32,000 bases of DNA from Nitrososphaerota archaeon (GTDB taxonomy: Archaea > Thermoproteota > Nitrososphaeria > Nitrososphaerales > Nitrosopumilaceae). The notes under the pieces are model-generated. The model saw nothing but the letters and a program-made list of their open reading frames with translations, ran no database searches and was not told the DNA's origin. The position numbers and the translations under genes are program-made. Location of the stretch: assembly GCA_021325615.1 (NCBI GenBank), contig JAJPGU010000004.1, positions 1-32,000 of the forward strand. Direction: 5' to 3'. Positions 24,841-32,000 of the stretch are shown piece by piece. How positions within the stretch are numbered: position 1 is the first letter of the stretch; every line of letters starts with the position of its first letter.

Positions 24841-24897
24841 CAATACATCCAGGCTTGCGATACATATAATTCGGAATACCCACGGCAGTAGAGAGAG

Positions 24898-25515
24898 TTG
24901 GCCTCACCAGACCTGCTTGCACACCTGACAGAATTCATAATAAACGCCATATCAAATTCCGGCTATCTCGGGATATTCCTCCTCATGGTTGGCGAAAGTG
25001 CGCTAATTCCCATACCAAGCGAGGTCATCATGTCCTTCTCAGGGTACCTTGTTTCCACGGGCAAGTTCAATGTGGTTGCAGTCATACTTGCAGGCTCGGT
25101 TGGGAACCTCGTCGGCTCGCTTGCGGCATACTTTGCCGGCGCCTACCTAGGAAGGGGCTTTGTCCTAAAGTACGGAAGATACGTCCTGCTCCACAAGTCG
25201 CACCTTGAGCTAGCCGAGTCCTACTTTAAAAAATACGGTAACAGGTCCACCTTTGTAAGCAGGATGCTCCCGGCAATCAGGACTTACATCTCGCTGCCTG
25301 CGGGCACCGCAAGGATGAACCTCAAGAGGTTTGCAGCCCTGACGTTTGCAGGCTCGCTTATTTGGAACGGCGCGCTGACGTTCATCGGCATCAGGCTTGG
25401 CCAAGAGTGGGAGGGGATCCGAAAGTATTCAAGTTATCTTGACGCCTTCGTGGTAGTCGCCGTAATTGCTGCAATCATAATCTACATCAGGAAGCGAAGA
25501 GCTAGCGTGACCTGA
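24898..25515 (+). CDS. DedA/SNARE-associated family membrane protein
   Basis: GYLGIFLLMVGESALIPIPSEVIM and SRMLPAIRTYISLPAG are DedA hallmarks. The start codon is TTG. Confidence 0.85.
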   Translation: MASPDLLAHLTEFIINAISNSGYLGIFLLMVGESALIPIPSEVIMSFSGYLVSTGKFNVVAVILAGSVGNLVGSLAAYFAGAYLGRGFVLKYGRYVLLHKSHLELAESYFKKYGNRSTFVSRMLPAIRTYISLPAGTARMNLKRFAALTFAGSLIWNGALTFIGIRLGQEWEGIRKYSSYLDAFVVVAVIAAIIIYIRKRRASVT

Positions 25516-25783
25516 TGTTGCCAAGCTCCTCAAGTATTATCCTCAGCATCATCTCAGTGTCAAGAAGGACGCACGGAATGTTGTTCTCCCTGCATGCCAA
25601 TCCCACCTCGACGTCCTCTGTAACCATCACCATGTTGTTCTCCTCTGCGTATTTTATCACCGAGTAGTCGCTTGACAGCTTCTTTCCCTCAAGCTTGAGC
25701 TTCTTGACCGAAAAGGCGTCGTACCCAAACTCCCTGAGCTTTGCATCCATCCCGTCGTACATCTCGTCTAGGAGGATCTTCAT
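25502..25783 (-). CDS. Mut7-C/DUF5615-like PIN-type small protein
   Basis: MKILLDEMYDGMDAKLREFGYDA resembles the Mut7-C (DUF82) N-terminus, and VMVTEDVE supplies a second acidic cluster. There is no C-terminal zinc ribbon. Confidence 0.45.
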   Translation of the reverse strand: MKILLDEMYDGMDAKLREFGYDAFSVKKLKLEGKKLSSDYSVIKYAEENNMVMVTEDVEVGLACRENNIPCVLLDTEMMLRIILEELGNIRSR

Positions 25784-26014
25784 CTGGCTTGTTGGTTCGC
25801 GAATACTGTAATTTATCTGATTTCAGGGCGCCGCCATTTGCCGGCAGCCGCGACAAAAACCAATGACTTGGAAGACACGGTGCAATCCACCTGTCCTTTC
25901 ATCTCAAACCGGCAGGAACCGTCCCTGCCCTCCACTTGCCCTGCAGCATCAGTTTACATGTGCCTAGACTGCCGCCCCGTGGAGACAAGTTGCCGCACAT
26001 CAAATCAGAAAATT

Positions 26015-28336
26015 CTAGCCGCACCCGTTTGTGCACGAGTACCACCCGTCCAGCTTCACCCCCGGAAGCGTGGCCCGAGGCCTTGCGCTGCTGTGGTTGT
26101 CTCCCCAGTATTCAAAGACCACGTTGTGGCTTGAGCCGTGGCACGAGTCGCAGTCGTATGGATAGACATAGTATGTCGTGCTCGGGTTGAGGCCGCTAAA
26201 GTCCCAGCCGTTCTCGTCCGCGTATCCGCTGGCAAGGACGTTTCCTGCAGCATCCCACAACTCTACATACATCGTGGTCCCTTCTCCGACCCCTGCGCTG
26301 CAGGTTGTCGCAAAGCACGGATCCCAGTAGGAGGCAGGAATCCGGTGCGCATAATACCAGATGTCCGTGTTTGAGGTGGTCGAAGTCGTTGGCGTTGCGC
26401 TTGCCTCGCCGGACGGCTGGGATGCCCCTACCGCGTTTACCGCCTCGACATAGTAGTAGTATGTGTTGCCGTTTGATACCGTGGTGTCAGTATAGGTAGT
26501 CGAGGCAACCCCCGTGGCTATCGGAGTGGTGCCTTCCGTGCCAGATGACGCCCCGCGGAATATGTCGTATCCCGTTATTGCAGACCCGCCGTTTGAGGAC
26601 GGCGCGTTCCACGAGAGCATTACCTGCGAATTACCCCCGTTTGCCACGAGCCCCTGCGGTGCGGAGGGCACGGTCTTTGTCACCTGCGTCGAGCCGCCAC
26701 TCTTTAGTTCGACAACGACATCGTCCCAGCTGTTGGAGCTGACGCTGCTGGTCCAAGTACACGAGGCGGCCCCGGCCGATGACACGGTCGTAGTGCTTGA
26801 CGCCCCCGTTATGGCGCTAGGGATATTGACATCCCACTCCTGCCCGCATGTGGCACCCGATAGGGTCGAGCCCCCATAGATTGAAGGAAGGTCCACTATT
26901 GTGTCGCCCGCATACTTTGTGGTAATCGATACAGTCGGGTTGCCCGATGCCTTGTAGTTGCTTGCGGTAGCAGGAATCGGGTTGGAAAGGTCTACACCTG
27001 CGAACGAGTATGCGCCTACCACCGCAGATGTGGATCCCGACATGGTAACAACTATGTTCCCGCTGCTGCCGGGGTTTTCCAGGTACCAGAACTCGGCGTC
27101 GTTATTGTGAAATGAGGATGTCCCCTTTGTCAGGGACGCGCCGCCATACGTAACCGAGGCGACATAGTTGTTGTTTGCGCTCACCCCCACAAGGAGCAGG
27201 TCGCTGTTTGTGGCCGAGCTGAACCCCGTCATTACAATCTGGTAGGGCGATGACGATGTAGTCCCGGACACTGTCTTTACGCCCTCTAGCACTATCCCGG
27301 AGGATTGTCCTCCGGATGATGACTGGACCGTGGCCTTTGCCTCGTTTGATGCAGGCGAGGTGCCGGCAGAGTTTACGGCCCTTACATAGTAAAAGTAGGT
27401 TGTCCCGTTTGTAACGGCTGAATCGACATACGTGGTACCGGCAACCCCTGTCGCATAGGGTGTTGCCCCCTCCCCTCCCGTGGATGTCCCCCGGAATACA
27501 TCATATCCCGTAATCGCGGCTCCCCCGTCTGATGCCGGAGGGGACCACGAAAGCGACACCTGCGATGTCCCTCCCGTTGCCGCAAGGTTCTGCGGTGCCG
27601 AGGGAGCGGTCGGTGCAGACGTTCCAGATCTTACCTCCAGGGCAACATCGTCCCACTGGTCCCCGCTGCTTGCGGTCCATCCGCACTTTACAGGTCCCGC
27701 ACTTGTGGCGTTGTACGAGCTGGATGCGCCGGTTATCTGGCCCGCGACGTTAACGTCCCAGTGCCCGAGGCATGTGGGACTACCAAGCGTCACGCCACCC
27801 CAGATGGACGGCAGGTCCACTACCAGGTCGTTGGAATATTTTGTGGTAATCGATATGCTCGGGCTTCCTGCCGCGGTGTTGTGGGTCGACGCAGTGGCGC
27901 CAATGGGCACAGTTTCGTTGACGCCCGCTATGGAGTATGCCCCTATCACGGCAGAGGTAGGCCCTATCATGGTAACCACGATGTTCCCTGTCCCGCTGGG
28001 ATTCTTCAGGTACCACAACTCGGCATCGTTGTTGTAAAATGAGTAGGCCGCCCTTGCAAGGGGAGCCCCCCCAAATGTCACCGATGTAACATTGTTGTTG
28101 TTCGCGCTCACCCCGACAAGCAGGAGGCTGTTGCCGCCGCTGCCCGCGCCAAACGAAGGAAGTGTTATCTGGTATGGGGCGGCCGAAACCGTCCCCGATG
28201 TGGACTTGGCGTTGGTAATGGCAGCCCCCGCCGCAAATGCATGCTGCGATGCCGCAGTCCCTGAAAAAGCCAAAACAGCCCCAATTATCAATAATGCCCA
28301 GAAGTCTAAACGTGTATTTTGTTTCCGGTTATACAA
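26015..28336 (-). CDS. Large secreted protein: signal peptide, (module B + FN3) twice, Cys-rich C-terminal domain
   Basis: 773 aa with a TTG start. There are two FN3 signatures (PQNLAATGG..VSLSWSPP...YYVRAVN and PQGLVANGG..VMLSWNAP...YYVEAVN). The C-terminus is near-identical to that of 15418-16176. Confidence 0.8.
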   Translation of the reverse strand: MYNRKQNTRLDFWALLIIGAVLAFSGTAASQHAFAAGAAITNAKSTSGTVSAAPYQITLPSFGAGSGGNSLLLVGVSANNNNVTSVTFGGAPLARAAYSFYNNDAELWYLKNPSGTGNIVVTMIGPTSAVIGAYSIAGVNETVPIGATASTHNTAAGSPSISITTKYSNDLVVDLPSIWGGVTLGSPTCLGHWDVNVAGQITGASSSYNATSAGPVKCGWTASSGDQWDDVALEVRSGTSAPTAPSAPQNLAATGGTSQVSLSWSPPASDGGAAITGYDVFRGTSTGGEGATPYATGVAGTTYVDSAVTNGTTYFYYVRAVNSAGTSPASNEAKATVQSSSGGQSSGIVLEGVKTVSGTTSSSPYQIVMTGFSSATNSDLLLVGVSANNNYVASVTYGGASLTKGTSSFHNNDAEFWYLENPGSSGNIVVTMSGSTSAVVGAYSFAGVDLSNPIPATASNYKASGNPTVSITTKYAGDTIVDLPSIYGGSTLSGATCGQEWDVNIPSAITGASSTTTVSSAGAASCTWTSSVSSNSWDDVVVELKSGGSTQVTKTVPSAPQGLVANGGNSQVMLSWNAPSSNGGSAITGYDIFRGASSGTEGTTPIATGVASTTYTDTTVSNGNTYYYYVEAVNAVGASQPSGEASATPTTSTTSNTDIWYYAHRIPASYWDPCFATTCSAGVGEGTTMYVELWDAAGNVLASGYADENGWDFSGLNPSTTYYVYPYDCDSCHGSSHNVVFEYWGDNHSSARPRATLPGVKLDGWYSCTNGCG
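26018..26362 (-). repeat. Cys-rich domain coding repeat, copy B (inverted partner of 15823-16173)
   Basis: See copy A. The antisense shadow ORFs 15778..16392(-) and 25838..26134(+) share the peptide AAVVVSPVFKDH because of this repeat. Confidence 0.8.
26393..28225 (-). repeat. Internal tandem duplication of an approximately 300-aa unit (module B + FN3)
   Basis: Unit 1 is 27329-28225 and unit 2 is 26393-27298. Shared blocks include LLLVGVSANNN, NNDAE.WYL.NP, GNIVVTM, ITTKY, VDLPSI and WDDV..E..SG (about 55-65% aa identity by eye). Confidence 0.75.
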
Positions 28337-28557
28337 CAGACTACCATATTACCTGAACATAAAATAGCTGCACTTACTTTGTTCTATTTGATAAATCCAG
28401 TTACCGGTGCCGTCCGGGAAAGACAAGACATTTGCAGCATGGCCTCCAGGATTTCCCACATCCCGCCACGGTCTGCCGTATTTTGGATCTTTTTGCTTGG
28501 CTGCCCCGCGCCTTGCCAAAACCAAAATGTGTATAAACCCATTCTGCGCGCCCTAGC

Positions 28558-30225
28558 ATGACCATGCCCCTTGACCATTTCCTCCTGAACATTTCCTTGC
28601 AGGACTTTTCCCAGATATTCCTGTACTCTTCCTACTCCCTCCTGCGCATGACAATTGCCCTTGCAGCCTCGTACGGCTTTGCAATCGCGTGGGGGGTGGC
28701 GGCAGCCCGGAACAAAAAGGCCGAGAAGGTCCTGATGCCCATCCTTGACATACTCCAGTCGGTGCCAATCCTCGGGTTCTTCCCAGCAGCCATCTTCTTC
28801 TTCATCGCCCTGTTCCACCAGAGCTGGGTCGGCGTCGAGATGGCAGCCGTCTTCCTGATATTTACAAGCCAGGCGTGGAACCTTGCATTTGCGGTTTACG
28901 AGTCGGTCTCATCCATCCCGGCAGACCTTGAGGAGGCGTCAAGCTCGTTCAGCCTCAACGGGTGGAAGAGGCTCAAAACGCTCTACGTCCCCGCCTCGGT
29001 TCCAAAGCTCATCTACAACGGGATACTTTCCTGGTCCACGGGCTGGTACTACCTCGTTGCAGCGGAGATGATCTCCATCGGATCCCAGCAGTTCAAGCTC
29101 CACGGCATAGGCAGCTACCTCGCCGAGGCAACCTATGCAGGCGACTACCAGGGGACCATAATGGGCCTTGTGGCCCTGGTAACAATCATACTTGTTGTGG
29201 ACTTGGTGCTGTGGCGGCCCCTTAGGCATTACGCCAACAGGTTCAGGTACGAATCTGTCTCGTCTGACGAGGAGAAGAGGGGCCCGCAGGACCAGAGGGT
29301 GACGTGGCTCAGGAGCCACCTTGCAGTTCTTCCCGTGCGGCCCCCTCCCGGCATTGCGCACGTGATTGCCGCAGGAAGGTTCCGCCCCATCGCAGCCACG
29401 GTAAGGCATGCGGCAGAGGAGCCTGCAATCATAAGGCGTCACAGGAAGACCGCGCTTGCCATAGCTGGCGCGGCAGTGGCAGGCATCATCATCATAACTG
29501 GGGGTGCCTTCCTTGCAGGGCTGATATCTGTCCCGGCAAACATCTCAAACGACCTAAAGAAGCAAGAGATTGCATCAGTAGCATCCCAGATACCCCAGGC
29601 GCTTGGCGCCTCCCTGCTGAGGCTCCTTGCAGCCTACCTCCTCAGCATCGCGTGGATACTGCCGCTTGCCCTAAAGATTTCAGGCAAGCCGAGGTCCTTT
29701 GGAACCTCGATATTTACGATGGAGATCCTGGCGTCGCTTCCTGCGACCGCGCTATTTCCCCTGATAGTCCTTGGCACCATGAACCTCCCAGGAGGCCTGC
29801 AGTTGACGTCAATCATACTTACAATGACAGGGATGCAGTGGTACCTCCTCTTCAACATCCTAGGCGGCGTAAGGTCTATCCCGTCAGACCTCCTCGAGGT
29901 GTCAAAGACATACCACATAACCGGCTTCCAGAAGCTCCGCAAGCTAATCTTTCCCGCAATCCTCCCGACATTTATTACCGGCAGCATAACTGCATGGGGT
30001 GGTGGGTGGAACGCGCTGGTCCTTTCAGAATACATCACATTCAACAAGCAGACCCTCTCGGTCCTTGGCATCGGGTCGCTGATGAACAAGGCCGCATATG
30101 AAATTGGGAACGTGAGCCTCCTCATACTCATCATCACGGTAATGGTCGCAGTCGTTGTCGGCCTCAACAGGGTATTATGGAAGCGCCTCTACAAGATGAC
30201 GTTTACAAAGTACAGGTTGGACTGA
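28558..30225 (+). CDS. ABC transporter permease, duplicated (two fused NitT/TauT-type transmembrane domains)
   Basis: There are two BPD-transporter-like halves, each with an EAA-loop-like region (PADLEEASSSFSLNGWKRLKTLYVP and PSDLLEVSKTYHITGFQKLRKLIFP), joined by a charged linker. Confidence 0.85.
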   Translation: MTMPLDHFLLNISLQDFSQIFLYSSYSLLRMTIALAASYGFAIAWGVAAARNKKAEKVLMPILDILQSVPILGFFPAAIFFFIALFHQSWVGVEMAAVFLIFTSQAWNLAFAVYESVSSIPADLEEASSSFSLNGWKRLKTLYVPASVPKLIYNGILSWSTGWYYLVAAEMISIGSQQFKLHGIGSYLAEATYAGDYQGTIMGLVALVTIILVVDLVLWRPLRHYANRFRYESVSSDEEKRGPQDQRVTWLRSHLAVLPVRPPPGIAHVIAAGRFRPIAATVRHAAEEPAIIRRHRKTALAIAGAAVAGIIIITGGAFLAGLISVPANISNDLKKQEIASVASQIPQALGASLLRLLAAYLLSIAWILPLALKISGKPRSFGTSIFTMEILASLPATALFPLIVLGTMNLPGGLQLTSIILTMTGMQWYLLFNILGGVRSIPSDLLEVSKTYHITGFQKLRKLIFPAILPTFITGSITAWGGGWNALVLSEYITFNKQTLSVLGIGSLMNKAAYEIGNVSLLILIITVMVAVVVGLNRVLWKRLYKMTFTKYRLD

Positions 30226-30227
30226 TT

Positions 30228-31004
30228 GTGTTGGCAGCAGGCTCTGATTCGCCAAAACTTGTCGAGCTCCGGGGCGTCACCAAGGCGTACGGTCCCATGT
30301 CGCCAAGGCCCCAGGTGGTGCTTGAGCACATCAACCTTGCAGTAAGGCAGCACGAGTTTGTCAGCATTGTTGGCCCGTCGGGGTGCGGCAAGTCCACGCT
30401 CCTTCGCATAATGATGGGGCTTGCCAAGCCGGAGGACGGCGAGGTCTTTTACCATGACCACAAGCTGACAGGAGTCTGCGAGGCAATGTCCATGGTCTTC
30501 CAGACCTTTGCGCTCTTCCCGTGGCTCAATGTTGTGGAAAACGTCGAGCTTGGCCTTGAGGGCAAGCCGTTTCCGAAGGAGGAGAAGCGCAAGAGGTCGC
30601 TTGACGCAATCCGCGTGATTGGCCTTGAGGGATACGAGGAGGCATACCCAAGGGAGCTCTCGGGCGGCATGAAGCAAAGGGTAGGGCTTGCAAGGGCCAT
30701 GGTCTCCGAGCCCGAGATCCTCCTGATGGACGAGCCCTTCTCGGCACTTGACCCGCTGACATCAACGCACCTGAGGGAGGAGGTTCTCCACCTCTGGGCC
30801 GACCCGGCGCTTCCTCCCGAGGCGGTGGTTATGGTCACCCACAACGTCGAGGAGGCGGTGTACATGTCGGACAGGATAGTGGTCCTGACCTCACGGCCCG
30901 GAACGATAGCAAGGGAGGTCCCTATCGAGATACCAAGGCCCCGGGATCCCCGCAGCCCCGAGATCTACAGGCTTGTCGATGAGATCACAGGAATGATAGT
31001 ATGA
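30228..31004 (+). CDS. ABC transporter ATP-binding protein (NitT/TauT family)
   Basis: Walker A GPSGCGKST, Q-loop, signature LSGGMKQR, Walker B LLMDEPFSALD, and H-loop VTHN. GTG 30228 follows the permease stop directly; the tracked start at 30177 is an alternative. Confidence 0.9.
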   Translation: MLAAGSDSPKLVELRGVTKAYGPMSPRPQVVLEHINLAVRQHEFVSIVGPSGCGKSTLLRIMMGLAKPEDGEVFYHDHKLTGVCEAMSMVFQTFALFPWLNVVENVELGLEGKPFPKEEKRKRSLDAIRVIGLEGYEEAYPRELSGGMKQRVGLARAMVSEPEILLMDEPFSALDPLTSTHLREEVLHLWADPALPPEAVVMVTHNVEEAVYMSDRIVVLTSRPGTIAREVPIEIPRPRDPRSPEIYRLVDEITGMIV

Positions 31005-31062
31005 TCAACCTTTATTTGGCGTATCAGGGGAACGCATTCTGTTTTGTGGAGGAACTAGACAG

Positions 31063-31548
31063 GTGACCATCCCCCAGGCACAGGTAGGGAACGTCATCGG
31101 ACTCTTGGAGGTGCTCCAGGACTTTAAGGGAAAGGTGGACCTCGCGAAGGTAGCCGACGAGCTCATGCTTGAGCTTGACGACATACTGCCCGCAGTCGAG
31201 TCTGCAAAGCTCCTCCACCTGTTGCAGGTAGACTCGGGAGATCTCATACTTACAGAGGACGGCAAGGCGCTGCTTGCAAAGAACGCCTCGGGCAGGAAGA
31301 GGATGCTCAACAAGACGCTCGCAGGGTCGGGCGAGTTCAAGGCCATACTGGACTTCATCAGGAACGATCACGGGGGCGAGGTCTCAAAGGACGAGATGAA
31401 GGACTTTCTCAGGGAGAACATGCCAGACCTAGACGCGGAGCAGACATTCCTGTGGATAGTCGAGTGGGGCCGATATTCCCTGCTGCTTCGCTATGACACC
31501 GACAACGGCAAGATAAAGCTGTCCAAGGCTGCCACGCAGAAGGAATAG
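31063..31548 (+). CDS. Stand-alone AAA-associated C-terminal domain protein (ABC NitT/TauT accessory)
   Basis: GLLEVL.D..GKVDLAKVADEL.LELDDILP..E.A.LL and EWGRYSLLLRYD resemble the domain often fused to these ATPases. The start codon is GTG. Confidence 0.65.
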   Translation: MTIPQAQVGNVIGLLEVLQDFKGKVDLAKVADELMLELDDILPAVESAKLLHLLQVDSGDLILTEDGKALLAKNASGRKRMLNKTLAGSGEFKAILDFIRNDHGGEVSKDEMKDFLRENMPDLDAEQTFLWIVEWGRYSLLLRYDTDNGKIKLSKAATQKE

Positions 31549-31711
31549 ACATTCCACCAAACGGACTCTACGGTTCCACATATTTCCCCAAAAGGGATCA
31601 TTTGTTAGAAAAAATGGCAAAACGCCCCACAAATGCCGAAGATCGTCGGGACCGGCCCGCAAGTAAAAGATTCATAAACCTAATCGAACAAAACTCGAAG
31701 AATTACTAGGC

Positions 31712-32000
31712 ATGAAAGAATTTGGCACCCTAGAGTATGTCTTGGACAATTACTCTAAGAACTGGACTTGGAAGCTCACCGGTACCCGGGCAGTATCCAT
31801 GGTCGCCCGCGTCATACCACAGGCATGGTATGGCGAGGGACCCGACGAGGCGATGGTCCCCGATACAGTCCAGAACGTCGAGAAGATCAAGTGGATAATG
31901 GAGACATACCCCCTTGACATCAGGTCAAGGAACATCTGGCAGCGCAAGACCAGGCACCTCAAGGTACCAAAGAAAAAGTACACCAAGATAGAGCGCCTCC
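31712..32000 (+). CDS. Hypothetical protein, 5' partial (runs off the window)
   Basis: Open from ATG 31712 to the window end (96 codons: MKEFGTLEYVLDNYSKNWTWKL...). Codon usage matches neighbours. It is not in the ORF track because no stop is in view. Confidence 0.4.
   Translation, partial: MKEFGTLEYVLDNYSKNWTWKLTGTRAVSMVARVIPQAWYGEGPDEAMVPDTVQNVEKIKWIMETYPLDIRSRNIWQRKTRHLKVPKKKYTKIERL

Noticed and set aside
24559-24950. Minus-strand ORFs 24559-24843 and 24651-24950
   Set aside because: They are antisense to a plus-strand ORF that has a perfect C2H2 motif and a correctly spaced TATA-like box. Their translations have no recognisable features.
25784-26014. The 230-bp non-coding gap, scanned for a C/D-box sRNA, a tRNA or an antitoxin ORF
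   Set aside because: I found no RUGAUGA/CUGA box pair and no cloverleaf-like or convincing ORF signal. There is only a weak 6-bp stem (GGCAGG...CCTGCC).
28384-28818. The 144-aa minus-strand ORF, and small ORFs 28319-28561 (+), 28401-28592 (-) and 28553-28768 (-), at the ABC-permease 5' end and promoter region
   Set aside because: They overlap the permease start or the divergent promoter, their Gly/Arg/Cys-rich translations match no family, and the permease frame is strongly supported.

Overview
The window looks like archaeal chromosomal DNA. This is an inference from gene content (NadX, PurP, NurA-HerA-Mre11-Rad50, TatAC), AGG/ATA/AAG-rich codon usage, and A/T-rich TATA-like boxes about 22-29 nt upstream of many start codons. 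The overall picture fits a Nitrososphaeria (Thaumarchaeota)-type genome, but I cannot confirm this without a database search.

Layout, left to right:
1. 1-1610: an AT-rich islet with a Doc/Fic-like gene and an AbrB-PIN toxin-antitoxin pair. A 19-30 bp direct repeat partitions the islet.
2. 1616-3466: the NAD genes nadA and nadX.
3. 3511-8499: a split proline-catabolism cluster (proline dehydrogenase and P5C dehydrogenase). Four uncharacterised genes sit inside it, including a divergent pair of paralogous RHH-like regulators around a perfect 20-bp palindrome.
4. 8738-14306: a tightly coupled nurA-herA-mre11-rad50 operon.
5. 14303-15290: a HEAT-repeat protein and a small hypothetical protein.
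6. 15418-20760 and 26015-28336: four secreted fibronectin-III (FN3) proteins built from unassigned modules and flanking tatC-tatA. One gene is frameshifted. Two genes share a near-identical Cys-rich C-terminal domain encoded as a distant inverted DNA repeat.
7. 20839-25783: housekeeping and miscellaneous genes (purP, DUF151 nuclease, a Cys-motif membrane protein, a SAM methyltransferase, a 54-aa C2H2 zinc-finger ORF absent from the ORF track, DedA, and a Mut7-C/PIN-like protein).
8. 28558-31548: an ABC transporter with a duplicated permease, an ATPase and a stand-alone AAA-associated domain protein, with no binding-protein gene in view.

I recognised no rRNA, tRNA, CRISPR array or transposase. 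All percent identities and GC values below are estimates by eye, not computed values.
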